Source of the DNA: an uncultured Porphyromonadaceae bacterium | Lineage (GTDB): Bacteria > Bacteroidota > Bacteroidia > Bacteroidales > Muribaculaceae | Direction: 5' to 3' | DNA length: 44,186 bases | Assembly: GCA_945231345.1 (NCBI GenBank) | Contig: CALYOL010000001.1 | Coordinates: forward strand, 1-44,186 | Shown here: positions 1 through 10,537 of the stretch, piece after piece | How positions within the stretch are numbered: the stretch's first letter is position 1 | How the letters are laid out: each line of letters starts with the position of its first letter | Made by a program: the position numbers and the translations under genes | Notes under the pieces: model-generated | The model's input: the letters and a program-made list of their open reading frames with translations, nothing else | Databases searched by the model: none | Told to the model about the DNA's origin: nothing

Positions 1-69
1 CGGGAAATCAACATCGTAAACCGACGGGCATACCGAGAAAGTCTTTATCAAATAGAATATTTCAAATGA
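1..69 (+). CDS. Possible 3' end of an unidentified + strand CDS (frame 1 reads ...REINIVNRRAYRESLYQIEYFK*)
   Basis: Frame 1 is open from the window edge to TGA at 67-69 and is followed by a hairpin plus T-tract at 81-117. It is too short to assign a family. Confidence 0.25.
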   Translation, partial: REINIVNRRAYRESLYQIEYFK

Positions 70-72
70 TGC

Positions 73-117
73 AAAAAATTAAGTTGTGCCGCCATTAGCG
101 ACACAACTTATTTTTTT
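73..117. terminator. Bidirectional Rho-independent terminator between an upstream + gene and rpsP
   Basis: Hairpin aagttgtgccg/cgacacaactt at 81-109 (8 bp, one mismatch, 2 bp). It is flanked by AAAAAA (73-78) and TTTTTTT (111-117), so a U-tract follows the stem on both strands. Confidence 0.6.
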
Positions 118-154
118 CAAATCACAATCAGAGGGAAAACCCTCAAGTAGTAAT

Positions 155-679
155 TTATTCAGCAGCCTGTGCTTCTTCTGCGTTTTCAGCAGCCTGAGCC
201 TCCGCAGCAGCGGCAGCAGCTTCTGCCTTCTTCTTTGCTACAGCCTCAGCCTTTGCCTGATTTTTAGCCTGCTCCTCTGCAAGACGCTGTTTTGCAGCAG
301 CTTCTTTCTTTGCAGCTTCTGAAGTCTTTACTGCGCTTACTGCAGCTTCCTTCTTGGCCTTCCACGCATCAAAGCGACGCTGTGCTTCTGCTTCGTCAAA
401 AGCACCCTTCTTAACGCCACCCATAAGGTGTTTCATTAAGAGCACACCTTCCTTTGAGAGGATTGTGCGAACTGTGTCTGTAGGCTGTGCACCTACGTTA
501 ACCCAATACAAAGCACGTTCGAAATTCAATGAGATTGTAGCAGGATTAGTGTTAGGATTATATGAACCTATCCTTTCAATAAATTTACCATCTCGTGGTG
601 CTCTGCTATCGGCGATAACAATTGGATAAAACGCATAGTTCTTATGACCATGACGTTGTAATCTGATTTTTGTTGCCAT
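155..679 (-). CDS. rpsP: 30S ribosomal protein S16 with a long Ala/Lys/Glu-rich C-terminal extension
   Basis: [42 protein letters not shown]... is the canonical S16 N-terminus. I chose the internal ATG at 679 over the track start at 745 because homology begins at MATK. About 90 low-complexity residues follow the S16 core. Confidence 0.95.
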   Translation of the reverse strand: MATKIRLQRHGHKNYAFYPIVIADSRAPRDGKFIERIGSYNPNTNPATISLNFERALYWVNVGAQPTDTVRTILSKEGVLLMKHLMGGVKKGAFDEAEAQRRFDAWKAKKEAAVSAVKTSEAAKKEAAAKQRLAEEQAKNQAKAEAVAKKKAEAAAAAAEAQAAENAEEAQAAE

Positions 680-734
680 GAATTTTTTGTTTAAAAATTT
701 GTTAGTATTGTTTTGTATTGTTGTTTTGCGACTG

Positions 735-742
735 CAAAGGTA
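735..742 (-). promoter_or_regulatory. Bacteroidota -7 promoter box (TACCTTTG) for rpsP
   Basis: The plus strand reads caaaggta, which is TACCTTTG on the minus strand and matches TAnnTTTG. It lies 56 nt upstream of the rpsP ATG. Confidence 0.5.
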
Positions 743-807
743 CAACTTTTTTTCTGATTACAAACACTTTATGACCACTTTTTTCTTCAAAAAAATCAAT
801 TTGCCTG

Positions 808-1644
808 CTATTTTTTGCCTGTAAGTGAAATAGAGTCGTCGTTTATCACTATTTTATGACGCTTATATAGCGCTCCTATTGCCTTTTTAAAGTCTTTTTT
901 GCTGCATGAAAACGTAGCGGCAATTATCTCGGGCTCTGTTTTGTCCGTAATACTTATTTTGCCTCCATTCAGCTTGATATTCTGATATATACGCTCCGCA
1001 AGAACTGATATTCTCCTATCCGCACGGTCTGACATTGTCAAGTCTATCTTTCCATCCTCACGCACACACTTCACAAATGCTGTAAAATGGCAGTCTTCGG
1101 GAATTTCACCATGCACCTCATCATAGTAGAGTATGCCATAGTGTGCATTATCAACTATAACTCGGTAGCCTATCTCCGTCTGCTTGTAAAATATACAGTC
1201 AACCTTTGTGCCACGCCAATATTTTGGGAAAAGATTGCCAACGTATTTTTCAACCTTGGTGGTGCCTGCTATTCGTTGTGTAACATTATCAACATAGACA
1301 TAAACCAAATACTTTCCTCCTGTACGCAATCTGTTACGCTGCTCACTATATGGCACAAGCAAATCCTTTTGAACGCCCCAGTCCATAAAAGCACCTACAT
1401 CATTCACCTGTTTTACAGTCATATACGCAAGTTCTCCTACTTTTGCTACCGGAGTTTCCGTTGTAGCCACAAGGCGGTCTTCTGAGTCTCGATACACAAA
1501 CACTTCTATTTCATCGCCTATCTGCTCATCTCCGCTTAGGTATTTCGCAGGAACAAGGATTTCAACCCCATCCCCTCCATCAACGTATACCCCGAAATCC
1601 ACTTTCCGGACTATCGCCAAACTATTATATTTTCCTAATTCCAT
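808..1644 (-). CDS. S1-like RNA-binding domain protein, CvfB/YitL family
   Basis: 278 aa. Repeated S1/OB-like segments (VDFGVYVDGG..., VNDVGAFMDWGVQKDLLVP..., EIGYRVIVDN...) and a C-terminal winged-helix-like tail fit the CvfB family layout. Confidence 0.8.
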   Translation of the reverse strand: MELGKYNSLAIVRKVDFGVYVDGGDGVEILVPAKYLSGDEQIGDEIEVFVYRDSEDRLVATTETPVAKVGELAYMTVKQVNDVGAFMDWGVQKDLLVPYSEQRNRLRTGGKYLVYVYVDNVTQRIAGTTKVEKYVGNLFPKYWRGTKVDCIFYKQTEIGYRVIVDNAHYGILYYDEVHGEIPEDCHFTAFVKCVREDGKIDLTMSDRADRRISVLAERIYQNIKLNGGKISITDKTEPEIIAATFSCSKKDFKKAIGALYKRHKIVINDDSISLTGKK

Positions 1645-1665
1645 ATTATTTTCAAAAAATCACCA

Positions 1666-1673
1666 CAAAGGTA
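1666..1673 (-). promoter_or_regulatory. -7 promoter box (TACCTTTG) for the CvfB-like gene
   Basis: caaaggta on the plus strand, 22 nt upstream of the ATG at 1644. Confidence 0.45.
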
Positions 1674-1687
1674 GTAATTTTTTTTCG

Positions 1688-1695
1688 TAACTTTG
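1688..1695 (+). promoter_or_regulatory. -7 promoter box (TAACTTTG) for the divergent transporter gene
   Basis: TAACTTTG matches TAnnTTTG and lies about 35-55 nt upstream of the candidate starts at 1724 (GTG), 1730 and 1751. Confidence 0.45.
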
Positions 1696-1750
1696 CACTG
1701 TTTTTTGGGCAAGTCCATACTAAGTGGACATGTCAATTAAAATTTACGAT

Positions 1751-2656
1751 ATGAAAGGTGCAATTCTAAGAAACCGCATAAAGCCATTTATGTTACCACT
1801 GGCTATGATACTCGGTGTGATATTTCACGAGGAGATAGGCTATCTGTCGCCATTCGCCCCTTATCTGATTTTTATCATGCTGTTTATCACTTTCTGCAAA
1901 GTGAAATTATCCGAATTTACCATCACTCGCCTCTCGTGGGCTCTTTTGACAATCCAGGTGATAGGTGCACTTGCAGTATACTTCTGTCTCCTCCCCGCAA
2001 GCAAAGACCTTGCTATTGCCACATTTGTTTGTATTTTCTGCCCTACGGCTACTGCAGCACCTGTTGTCACTGGCATGCTCGGAGGAAGTGTCACAAGGCT
2101 TGCCACTTATTCTATCGTCAGCAACCTCGCTGTTGCTGTTTTATCACCTATCCTATTCAGCACTCTTGGCGGCAACAGTGAAATCTCACTATGGTCTGCT
2201 ACTCTAAGAATTTTCATGCAGGTTGTGCCACTCATTCTCGCTCCCCTCGCATTAGCACTACTCATGCGGCGATTTACTCCGCGCATTCACAACGCAATTT
2301 CACAGCACCAGTCCATTTCATTTTACATCTGGTCCATATCACTGCTAATCGTAGTAGGAAACGCCGTAAGCTACGTCATACGCCATCATGAAAATGTCAC
2401 CATTATGATTTTGATGGCACTTGCATCTCTAATTGTATGCTGTTTGCAATTCTACATAGGCAGACGTTTCGGAAACAAATATGGCGACAAAATCGTAGGC
2501 GCACAAGGACTGGGACAGAAAAATACCGTCCTCGCTGTTTGGATGTGCCTCACATTCTTTAACCCGGTCACATCTGTCGGTCCCGCCGCATATATCGCTT
2601 GGCAGAACATCATAAACAGTTACCAACTTTATCGGAAATCCAAATCAATCTCATAA
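1751..2656 (+). CDS. Bile acid:Na+ symporter (BASS/SBF)-fold membrane transporter, substrate unknown
   Basis: Polytopic membrane protein. FCPTATAAPVVTGMLGGSV...SNL resembles the BASS CPGGxxSN region, and GQKNTVLAVW...PAAYIAWQNI resembles the second BASS crossover (xQNxxLA...N). The start is ambiguous among 1724, 1730 and 1751. Confidence 0.6.
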   Translation: MKGAILRNRIKPFMLPLAMILGVIFHEEIGYLSPFAPYLIFIMLFITFCKVKLSEFTITRLSWALLTIQVIGALAVYFCLLPASKDLAIATFVCIFCPTATAAPVVTGMLGGSVTRLATYSIVSNLAVAVLSPILFSTLGGNSEISLWSATLRIFMQVVPLILAPLALALLMRRFTPRIHNAISQHQSISFYIWSISLLIVVGNAVSYVIRHHENVTIMILMALASLIVCCLQFYIGRRFGNKYGDKIVGAQGLGQKNTVLAVWMCLTFFNPVTSVGPAAYIAWQNIINSYQLYRKSKSIS

Positions 2657-2661
2657 CCAAA

Positions 2662-3834
2662 ATGAACGAAAAAATGACGGCAAAACACTGGATAGCGCTT
2701 ATCGGACTAAACTTCTGCTCATTTATCTTCAACACTTCTGAATTTATCCCCGTTGGCTTGCTGACAGACATTGGAAATGATTTTCATCTCACCGAGGCTG
2801 GAGCAGGTATGCTAATATCAGTTTATGCTTGGATGGTAATGCTCATGTCACTGCCATTAATGGTATGGACATCCAAAATGGAGATGAAAAAACTTATGAT
2901 AATCCTCGTAGCACTTTTCACACTATGCCAGGTGTGTTCATACTTTTCACAGAATTTTGCCATGCTCATGGCATCGCGTATCGGCGTTGCATGTTGCCAT
3001 GCAATATTCTGGGCTATAGTATCACCACTTGCCGTAAAAATTGTGCCTCAAAAATATCAGGCTGTAGCTCTCAGCACCATAGTGACAGGCTCGAGCATTG
3101 CCATGATTCTCGGAATGCCTATCGGGCGAATGATTGGATTGTGGCTTGGATGGAGAATGACATTCCTCAGCATCGGAATTTTCAGTTTTGCCACACTGAT
3201 ATATATCTGCTTTACACTTCCGCGTGTACAGAGCGAGGGAAAATTTTCGCTTAGACAAGTTCCTATTCTGCTTAAAAACAAAGGATTAGTTACAGTATAC
3301 ATTCTTGCATTTGCAATACCACTCGCATATTACACCTGCTATGGCTACATTGAGCCTTTTTTGCTTAAAGTGGCTGGAATGGGCGAAAACATGGTCACTA
3401 CAACACTTATGGTATATGGAGCTGCAGGTTTTTTGGGCAGTGTTATTTTCGCCAAATTCTCCAAGAAAAACACTACAGCATTCGACCACCTGACCATGAT
3501 TTTTATGGCAATTTCTATGGCTCTCCTCCACATCTGCTCCGGCAGCATTCTGCTCACGATTGCTGCTTGCATTGTCTGGGGTGCTTCTTGCACTGCATTT
3601 AACGTCGCCATGCAAAACGAAATAATAGTCCGCTCCCCTCGCATCGGCACCGCCGTATCCATGGCTATCTTTTCCGGAATTTACAACCTTGGCATTGGCA
3701 CCGGCACATACCTCGGCGGTGCCGTCTGCACCCACCTTGACATCTCATTCATCGGATACACTGGCTCTATCGTTGCTATCCTCGCCGTAATTGCACTAAA
3801 ATCTGGTGTATTATCCCTGCCAAAAACAACGTAA
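2662..3834 (+). CDS. MFS transporter, sugar-efflux SotB/YdeA-like
   Basis: EFIPVGLLTDIGNDFHLTEAGAGMLISVYAWMVMLMSLPLMV closely parallels the E. coli SotB N-terminal region (EFVPVGLLSDIA..FH...IYAWVVALMSLP). It has about 12 hydrophobic segments. I chose the ATG at 2662 because it comes after the upstream gene's stop. Confidence 0.8.
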   Translation: MNEKMTAKHWIALIGLNFCSFIFNTSEFIPVGLLTDIGNDFHLTEAGAGMLISVYAWMVMLMSLPLMVWTSKMEMKKLMIILVALFTLCQVCSYFSQNFAMLMASRIGVACCHAIFWAIVSPLAVKIVPQKYQAVALSTIVTGSSIAMILGMPIGRMIGLWLGWRMTFLSIGIFSFATLIYICFTLPRVQSEGKFSLRQVPILLKNKGLVTVYILAFAIPLAYYTCYGYIEPFLLKVAGMGENMVTTTLMVYGAAGFLGSVIFAKFSKKNTTAFDHLTMIFMAISMALLHICSGSILLTIAACIVWGASCTAFNVAMQNEIIVRSPRIGTAVSMAIFSGIYNLGIGTGTYLGGAVCTHLDISFIGYTGSIVAILAVIALKSGVLSLPKTT

Positions 3835-3847
3835 ACAAAGACGCCTT

Positions 3848-4921
3848 TCACTCTTCCACAATCGCTGACTCACGCTCAACTTTTATGTTATGCTTTTTGA
3901 AAACTGCCTCTGCATTTTTCACAAACACATTGCATGCATGCTTCATAAGCGAAGTACTTTCTGACTCAACTGGTACTACCTGGAATTGTTTGCTTGCCGG
4001 TGGCTGCAGCGTGAATACTAACGCATAATTTGCAGCCTTAATCACCGCCCTCCCCTTCACATCTCGCTGCAAAGTCACTTTCACAAGTGCACCGCCTCGC
4101 GTATCATTCGTTTTCATGTTTGATATGAAATTGCCAAGAGAATACACAAGCAGACAATCCTTATCATACTTATCAAGATGCCTTATTTCCATTGGCTCCA
4201 CCACATGAGGGTGTCCGCCAATTATTAAATCAACTCCCTGCCTGCAAAGGAAATCGGCAATACGTTTCTGCGTTTTGTTTGGTAATAGTTTATATTCGTC
4301 ACCCCAATGAACAGCTACAGTCACCAATTCCGCACCGGCTTCGCGAGACTTCTCAATATCTGATTTCATCTGCAAAGTGTCTATGTAATCCACTTTTACC
4401 ACTTTATTTGGCTTTATTCCATTTGTGCCATAGGTGTAGTTTAGAAATGCAATTTTAAAACCTTTCACATCTTTCACAAATGGCAAAACAGAATCACGTG
4501 CAGCTGCATTCTTATAAGTTCCGATATGTGAAATCCCCTTTTTGTCAAGGGTTTCTATCGTTTTTTCGAGTCCGCGGCTATTGCGGTCCAGTGTATGATT
4601 ATTCGCATTCAGGAAAAGGTCAAAACCCGCATCTGAGAGTGCATCTGCAAAGCTATCCGGCGAACTGAAACATGGATAGCCGGCGTAAGGTTTTCCTCCG
4701 AGTGTAGTCTCAAAATTCACCACAGCATAATCTGCAGCTGAAATATAATCCCTCACCTCGCTGAAACACCCGGTATAATCATACACATCACCCGACTTCT
4801 TTGCCGATTGTATCTGAGCTATGTGCTGCATTGCATCTCCCGCAAAAAGAAGCGTAGCCTCCTGTGGCTGCATTCCGGGATATAGCAGTCCAAGAGTCAA
4901 TGATAGCAAGAACTCGTTCAT
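3848..4921 (-). CDS. CapA-family protein (PGA_cap metallophosphatase-like)
   Basis: LLFAGDAMQH...AVVNFETTLGG...NANNHTLD...VAVHWGDEY...IIGGHPHVV are the CapA/metallophosphatase signature blocks. The internal ATG at 4921 (MNEFLL...) avoids overlap with folD. Confidence 0.8.
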   Translation of the reverse strand: MNEFLLSLTLGLLYPGMQPQEATLLFAGDAMQHIAQIQSAKKSGDVYDYTGCFSEVRDYISAADYAVVNFETTLGGKPYAGYPCFSSPDSFADALSDAGFDLFLNANNHTLDRNSRGLEKTIETLDKKGISHIGTYKNAAARDSVLPFVKDVKGFKIAFLNYTYGTNGIKPNKVVKVDYIDTLQMKSDIEKSREAGAELVTVAVHWGDEYKLLPNKTQKRIADFLCRQGVDLIIGGHPHVVEPMEIRHLDKYDKDCLLVYSLGNFISNMKTNDTRGGALVKVTLQRDVKGRAVIKAANYALVFTLQPPASKQFQVVPVESESTSLMKHACNVFVKNAEAVFKKHNIKVERESAIVEE

Positions 4922-4935
4922 GGTATTAAAAAATA

Positions 4936-5811
4936 TTAATAAATAGCGTGGGTAGCAGCAAGAAGAGTATTGTTCATCAACGATACTATAGTCATCGGAC
5001 CTACACCACCGGGAACAGGCGTAATATAGCTGCATTTAGGCGCTACATTATCGTAATCCACATCACCGGTGAGCTTAAAGCCCGATTTTCGTGTTTCGTC
5101 TTTTACTCTCGTGGTACCAACGTCTATCACTACTGCACCATCCTTCACCATATCGGCAGTGACAAATTTTGGACTCCCAAGCGCAGCAATAATAATGTCC
5201 GCTTCACGGCATATATCCTTCAAGTCTTTTGTCGCACTATGGCAGACTGTGACTGTTGCATTGCCGGGGTATCCTTTCTGCATCAGCAAAGTGGCAACCG
5301 GTTTGCCAACGATATTGCTTCTTCCCAGCACCACACATCGCTTGCCATTAGTCTCTATCTCATATCTCTCAAGAAGCATCATGATTCCCGCGGGAGTCGC
5401 AGACCTAAAACACGGCAAGCCGATAGACATTCGACCGACATTGATTGGATGGAATCCATCAACATCCTTACGATAGTCTATTGCCTCAATCACTTTTTGC
5501 TCATTGATGTGGCGTGGCAATGGTAGTTGCACGATGAAACCGTCTACTCCATCATCATTGTTTAACTTGTGGATTGCTGAAAGCAATTCACTTTCTTCCA
5601 CGTCGCTTTCAAAACGAAGCAGTGTGGATATAAACCCACACTGCTCACAAGCACGAATTTTATGTGCCACGTATGTTTCGCTGCCACCATCATGCCCCAC
5701 AAGAATAGCCGCAAGATGCGGGGGACGCTGTCCCGATGATACGAGTGAGTCAACCTTTGCCCGTATCTCCTGCTTGATGGTATCAGCAATTTTTTTACCG
5801 TCTATTATCAT
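4936..5811 (-). CDS. folD: Bifunctional methylenetetrahydrofolate dehydrogenase/methenyl-THF cyclohydrolase
   Basis: MIIDGKKIA...[30 protein letters not shown]...VQLPLP...GRSNIVGKP...[11 protein letters not shown] are canonical FolD motifs. I chose the start at 5811, downstream of the ffh stop. Confidence 0.95.
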   Translation of the reverse strand: MIIDGKKIADTIKQEIRAKVDSLVSSGQRPPHLAAILVGHDGGSETYVAHKIRACEQCGFISTLLRFESDVEESELLSAIHKLNNDDGVDGFIVQLPLPRHINEQKVIEAIDYRKDVDGFHPINVGRMSIGLPCFRSATPAGIMMLLERYEIETNGKRCVVLGRSNIVGKPVATLLMQKGYPGNATVTVCHSATKDLKDICREADIIIAALGSPKFVTADMVKDGAVVIDVGTTRVKDETRKSGFKLTGDVDYDNVAPKCSYITPVPGGVGPMTIVSLMNNTLLAATHAIY

Positions 5812-5833
5812 ATTATATTTTCTGGAAACGTAT

Positions 5834-7168
5834 TTACCTTCCACCCCTCATTCCACGCATCAGCTTCATAGGATTACCCTTAAACTGTGACGCTGCTTTC
5901 AGCATCTTGCGTGTCTGTTCAAACTGTGTAAGCAGCCTGTTGACCTCCTGCAAGCTTGTACCGGAACCTTTCGCAATTCTTTGGCGGCGTGAACCATTGA
6001 TAATCTGAGGATTAACACGTTCTTTTTCTGTCATTGAGCGGATTATCGCCTCAATGCTCTTAAATGCATTGTCGTCAATGTCAAGGTCTTTTATCGCCTT
6101 ACCTACACCCGGAATCATCGAAGCGAGTTCCTTTATGTTACCCATCTTCTTGATTTGCTGTATCTGGTTGAGGAAGTCGTTGAAGTTAAACTGATTCTTT
6201 ACGATTTTGCTCTGAATCTGCTTTGCCTCGTCTTCGCTGATTACGTTCTGCGCACGCTCTACAAGAGACATAATATCGCCTTGTCCAAGAATACGAGCAG
6301 CCATACGCTCAGGATGGAACACATCTATCGCATCAAGCTTTTCACCTGTACCAATATATTTAATCGGCTTGTTGACAACCGTACGGATTGAAAGGGCCGC
6401 ACCACCGCGAGTGTCACCATCAAGTTTTGTAAGCACTACGCCGTCAAAGTCAAGTCTGTCGTTAAAAGTCTTAGCTGTATTTACTGCATCTTGACCTGTC
6501 ATTGAGTCCACAACGAAAAGAATTTCATTAGGATTAATTGCCTTCTTGATAGACTCAATCTCATTCATCATCTGTTCGTCTACTGCCAGACGTCCGGCAG
6601 TATCGACGATGACGAGGTCCATATAGTTTGCCTTTGCATAGCCGATAGCATTTTTCGCAATTTCTACAGGATTCTTATTGCCATCTTCAGTATATACTGG
6701 CACTCCTATTTGCTCTCCAAGCACTTTCAGCTGGTCTATAGCGGCAGGACGATATACGTCGCACGCAACAAGCAACGGACGCTTTGCCTTTTCCGATTTC
6801 AGCTTCATTGCGAGCTTTCCGGAAAGTGTTGTCTTACCTGAACCCTGCAGACCCGACATCAAGATTACTGTTGGATTGCCGCTAAGGTTCAGTGGAACAG
6901 CCTCGCCACCCATGAGGATAGTAAGTTCATCATATACTATCTTCAGCATGAGTTCTTTTGGCTTCAATGCCGTGAGGACATTCTGTCCGAGTGCCTTTTC
7001 CTTCACACTGCTGACAAATTCCTTTGCTATCTTGTAGTTTACGTCGGCATCAACAAGTGCACGCCGCACTTCCTTCAGCGTTTCCGCTACGTTTATCTCT
7101 GTTATGCGACCCTGACCTTTTAGGGTCTGTAGGCATTTCTCTAATTTCTCGCTAAGTTTTTCAAACAT
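5834..7168 (-). CDS. ffh: Signal recognition particle protein Ffh
   Basis: N, G and M domains are present: GLQGSGKTT (P-loop), DTAGR, TKLDGD, and a Met-rich C-terminus. Confidence 0.97.
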   Translation of the reverse strand: MFEKLSEKLEKCLQTLKGQGRITEINVAETLKEVRRALVDADVNYKIAKEFVSSVKEKALGQNVLTALKPKELMLKIVYDELTILMGGEAVPLNLSGNPTVILMSGLQGSGKTTLSGKLAMKLKSEKAKRPLLVACDVYRPAAIDQLKVLGEQIGVPVYTEDGNKNPVEIAKNAIGYAKANYMDLVIVDTAGRLAVDEQMMNEIESIKKAINPNEILFVVDSMTGQDAVNTAKTFNDRLDFDGVVLTKLDGDTRGGAALSIRTVVNKPIKYIGTGEKLDAIDVFHPERMAARILGQGDIMSLVERAQNVISEDEAKQIQSKIVKNQFNFNDFLNQIQQIKKMGNIKELASMIPGVGKAIKDLDIDDNAFKSIEAIIRSMTEKERVNPQIINGSRRQRIAKGSGTSLQEVNRLLTQFEQTRKMLKAASQFKGNPMKLMRGMRGGR

Positions 7169-7192
7169 ATCTGTTGTATTGCGGATATATTA

Positions 7193-7543
7193 TTAAATAA
7201 GTTTATTTGTTTTTGTATCAGGGAAAATCACTTTGGGCTTAAACGTCTTCGCTTCTTCAAACGACATAGTGGCATAACTCATTATTATCACCACGTCTCC
7301 CGGCTGCACTTTTCTTGCGGCAGCTCCATTGAGGCAAATCACGCCTGAACCTCGCTTCCCCTTTATTACGTAAGTGTCAAGTCGTTCTCCATTGTTATTG
7401 TTCACTATATAAACCCTCTCGCCGGCGATTATGCCTGCCGCGTCCATCAGGTCCTCGTCTATAGTGATACTGCCAATGTAATCAAGTCGCGCTTCTGTCA
7501 CTGTCACACGATGAATTTTTGACTTTAATACTTCGATATACAT
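7193..7543 (-). CDS. panD: Aspartate 1-decarboxylase
   Basis: 116 aa. [38 protein letters not shown] contains the PanD G-S self-cleavage site (YIGSIT). Confidence 0.95.
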   Translation of the reverse strand: MYIEVLKSKIHRVTVTEARLDYIGSITIDEDLMDAAGIIAGERVYIVNNNNGERLDTYVIKGKRGSGVICLNGAAARKVQPGDVVIIMSYATMSFEEAKTFKPKVIFPDTKTNKLI

Positions 7544-7553
7544 ACTTTATAAA

Positions 7554-8399
7554 TCAATATTTTATATTATCTATCAGTCTCACCTCACCGCAATACACGG
7601 TGATGCACCCATGTGGAGCTCCATTAACAGATTCTTTCCACTCGTGTATCGGCTGCATTGTTATAGGGTCTACAATCTCGTAATATTCAACTTCAAAACC
7701 GTCTACTGCATTGAGATTGTCTATCACCATCTTGCGTGTTTCGTCAACGGTATGACTTTTTGCATACGCCACACTTTCACACAGCGTCTTGTAAATCATC
7801 GGAGCTATCGCACGGTTTTCAGGCGTCAACCTCACGTTTCGGCTACTCAGTGCAAGACCGTCATCCTCGCGCTTGATAGGACAATCAACTATTTCAATAT
7901 CAAAACCGCATATTTCCACCATACGGCGTATGACCGCAATCTGCTGGAAATCTTTTTCTCCGAAATAAGCCTTATCCGGATTAACCATCGCAAATAGTTT
8001 GCTTACTATCTGAGCTACACCATTGAAATGACCTGGACGCATCGGACCTTCCATTACGTTTGCCACTTCTCCAAGGTCAAAAATTCTCGTATCTGGCTCT
8101 GGATATATTTCCTCTACCGATGGGATAAATGCTATATCTACTCCCGCGCCCCTGAGTAGTTCGCAGTCCGCATCCTCTGTGCGAGGATAAGTTTTGAGGT
8201 CGTTCGCATTATTGAATTGCGTAGGGTTAACAAAAACGCTTACCACTACATACTCACATTCTTTTCTTGCTCGCTGTATCAGGGATAAGTGCCCCGCATG
8301 CAGCGCACCCATTGTAGGAACGAGTCCTACAACTTTCCCCGCAGCCTTCGCTTCTTTTGTAAGACTTGAAAGTCGGCTTGTTGTACGTATAATTTCCAT
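7554..8399 (-). CDS. panC: Pantoate--beta-alanine ligase
   Basis: [15 protein letters not shown] (HIGH-like), FVNPTQF and FGEKDFQQ are conserved PanC blocks. Confidence 0.95.
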   Translation of the reverse strand: MEIIRTTSRLSSLTKEAKAAGKVVGLVPTMGALHAGHLSLIQRARKECEYVVVSVFVNPTQFNNANDLKTYPRTEDADCELLRGAGVDIAFIPSVEEIYPEPDTRIFDLGEVANVMEGPMRPGHFNGVAQIVSKLFAMVNPDKAYFGEKDFQQIAVIRRMVEICGFDIEIVDCPIKREDDGLALSSRNVRLTPENRAIAPMIYKTLCESVAYAKSHTVDETRKMVIDNLNAVDGFEVEYYEIVDPITMQPIHEWKESVNGAPHGCITVYCGEVRLIDNIKY

Positions 8400-8428
8400 T
8401 GATGGATTTCTTTTCTTTTTTCAGACTG

Positions 8429-8436
8429 CAAAGTTA
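8429..8436 (-). promoter_or_regulatory. -7 promoter box (TAACTTTG) for the panC-panD-ffh-folD-capA string
   Basis: caaagtta on the plus strand, 30 nt upstream of the panC ATG at 8399. Confidence 0.45.
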
Positions 8437-8521
8437 CTCAAAATTATTTACATAGCAGTTAATTATGCAAATTTTTCTATTATTTGACCAATTTTTTCAC
8501 CGATTTCGCCATTTCGGCTTA

Positions 8522-9040
8522 TCATTGTAGTTCTAATCGCAAAACCCTAATTGGCTTGTCTTCACCCATATATAGAGTTTGGTCATAGCATATATCCCCC
8601 GTCGCTATAAAACCACATTTTTCCATCACTCGTCCTGATGCCGCATTATCAATGAAATGACCACTGATGAGTGAAGATATTTCAGTATTTTTCTTCACAT
8701 AATCTATAATCATTTGTAACGCCTCCGTACAAATGCCCATTCCCCAAAATGGTTTCGCAACCCAGTAGCCTACAGTAGGCTCTCCCTCCCACGCCGGCAA
8801 AGAGCAATCGCAAGACGGTCCATAACCTATCGCGCCAATCGCCTCTCCCGTTTCATTAAGCTCAATAGCCCATGTTGTTGGATTATTAAATACCGTCTTG
8901 ATAATACTTAAACTTTCTTCTACAGAACGATGTGGCTGCCATCCGGCACGTGTACCCACTTCCTCATCACTCGCATATTTATATAAAGTTTCCGCATCGC
9001 TATCTCGCCAAGACCTCAATGTAATCCTATCCGACTTCAT
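8522..9040 (-). CDS. GNAT-family N-acetyltransferase (RimJ/RimL-like)
   Basis: 172 aa. ITLRSWRDSDAETLYKYASD..., a WAIE...GEAIGAIG beta-bulge region and FWGMGICTEAL (Q/RxxGxG/A-like acetyl-CoA loop) are typical of the Acetyltransf_3 type. Confidence 0.8.
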   Translation of the reverse strand: MKSDRITLRSWRDSDAETLYKYASDEEVGTRAGWQPHRSVEESLSIIKTVFNNPTTWAIELNETGEAIGAIGYGPSCDCSLPAWEGEPTVGYWVAKPFWGMGICTEALQMIIDYVKKNTEISSLISGHFIDNAASGRVMEKCGFIATGDICYDQTLYMGEDKPIRVLRLELQ

Positions 9041-9115
9041 TTCATAAAAATTTAATTAACTTACAATATGTTACTAAAATTATATTTTATACCTCAAAAT
9101 TAGAGCCTATAATAT

Positions 9116-9145
9116 AAAAAGGAGCCTTTCACAAGACTCCTTTTT
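9116..9145 (-). terminator. Candidate terminator downstream of lpxH
   Basis: aaaaaggag/ctccttttt forms a 9-bp stem with a 12-nt loop. On the minus strand the stem's 3' arm ends in TTTTT followed by ATATT. The loop is rather large, so support is moderate only. Confidence 0.4.
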
Positions 9146-9392
9146 CGTTTCCAATAGGTACAATTTCTAAGGTAAAAAAGATTGTTTTAGGTTTGCGCTA
9201 CAAAGGTCGTACTTTTATTTTACGTGACAAAATTTTTTTTTATGTTTTTCAACATACTTTTTTATCACATTTCATTCTTTTCATAGCACCAAAACCTTAT
9301 ACTATTGATTTTCAGATATTTATACACAATTTACAAATTCAATATCAGTATGTTAATTTTTATTAATTTAAAAGACAACTTACAATTTGTAA

Positions 9393-10142
9393 TTAAAATT
9401 CCCTCAAATTAAAGTTTTGACCATCAAAAACGCCGTATGTAGTGTGGTCAATCCAGTCTCCAAGTATAATCACGGCAGACTTAGGCATCTTTTCAGGATG
9501 ATAATTAAAAACAACATGCCGATGCCCAAAAACGAAGAAATCTGCCTCGGAACCTGGATTCTGAGCATTATACTCATACGCAAACTGCACATAACGGTCT
9601 GATTCAGGCTCTTTTACCACATATTTCTTACCATTCTCCCTACTATGTGCAGACCAGGCATGTGCAAAGGGGACTGTCCAGCATGGTGGTATAAGCTTAT
9701 AAAACCATTGACAAAATTTATTCCTAAATATTGCCCTTATAAATTTAAATCCCGGTTTCAAACTTCCAAGTGCATCGCCATGGGCTAAATAAAAGCGCTT
9801 TCCTGAATGTTCCACCACTAAACCACCATCCACGACCTCCATTCCAATCTCGTTGCGAAGATAATCAAACAGCCATATATCATGATTTCCTACTATCCAC
9901 GTCAATTTAACTCCACAATCGGCAAGTGATGCAAGTGCGCCAAAAAAACGCACATATCCACGCGGCACTACCGTGGAATATTCAAACCAATAGTCAAGTA
10001 TATCGCCCAAAAGATATAAATGCGATGCCTTATCCTTTATCGAATAGAGAAACTCAACCACTCTACGCTCATAATCAAGCGGCGGAATAAGATACTTTGC
10101 ACCGAGGTGCAGGTCTGATATGAAATAAACAGACTTATCCAT
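9393..10142 (-). CDS. lpxH: UDP-2,3-diacylglucosamine diphosphatase (LpxH-type calcineurin-like phosphoesterase)
   Basis: VYFISDLHLG..., YLLGDILDYW..., VGNHDIW and AHGD parallel E. coli LpxH FIADLHL / LGDLFEAW / GNRDFL / HGD. Confidence 0.8.
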   Translation of the reverse strand: MDKSVYFISDLHLGAKYLIPPLDYERRVVEFLYSIKDKASHLYLLGDILDYWFEYSTVVPRGYVRFFGALASLADCGVKLTWIVGNHDIWLFDYLRNEIGMEVVDGGLVVEHSGKRFYLAHGDALGSLKPGFKFIRAIFRNKFCQWFYKLIPPCWTVPFAHAWSAHSRENGKKYVVKEPESDRYVQFAYEYNAQNPGSEADFFVFGHRHVVFNYHPEKMPKSAVIILGDWIDHTTYGVFDGQNFNLREF

Positions 10143-10180
10143 CTATGATATTGAAATACGGATGATATAATGTACAGACA

Positions 10181-10501
10181 TCACAAAAAACCAAGCTCAA
10201 GCTTTGCCTCCTCACTCATCATGTCTTTCGTCCACTCTGGCTCAAACACGATGTTGATTGTTACACTATTTAGCTCCTTAATTGACTCAAGCTTATATCT
10301 CGCATCATCTACTATAAAGTCTGCCATCGGACAGTTCGGAGCTGTCATCGTCATATCGATATTAAGGTCAGCATTATCATTGATGTCAATTTTATAGACA
10401 AGCCCCAGGCTATACACATCTACTGGGATTTCAGGATCGAAAACCGTACGCAGCATCTGTATCACCTTCTCTTCTATGTTAAGTCTTTCTTCCGTTGTCA
10501 T
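10181..10501 (-). CDS. DUF59 (MIP18/SufT-like) Fe-S cluster assembly protein
   Basis: 106 aa from the internal ATG at 10501. VFDPEIPVDVYSLGLVY...TMTAPNCPMAD is the DUF59 signature with its conserved Cys. Confidence 0.8.
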   Translation of the reverse strand: MTTEERLNIEEKVIQMLRTVFDPEIPVDVYSLGLVYKIDINDNADLNIDMTMTAPNCPMADFIVDDARYKLESIKELNSVTINIVFEPEWTKDMMSEEAKLELGFL

Positions 10502-10537
10502 TTTATATTCAATTACCTTATTTGGTATATATCCTCG

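Noticed and set aside
86-629. Plus-strand ORFs 86-322 (78 aa) and 354-629 (91 aa)
   Set aside because: They are antisense shadows of rpsP. The first is produced by the Ala/Lys-codon repeats, and neither has sequence that looks like a real protein.
3835-3847. Convergent MFS and capA genes separated by only 13 bp with no terminator hairpin
   Set aside because: This is unusual-looking but common in compact genomes, and there is nothing further to interpret from the sequence.
8480-8521. Direct repeat atttcgcc/atttcggc and a weak ccga...tcgg hairpin downstream of the GNAT gene
   Set aside because: The stem is only 4 bp with a long loop and no U-tract, which is not convincing as a terminator or binding site.
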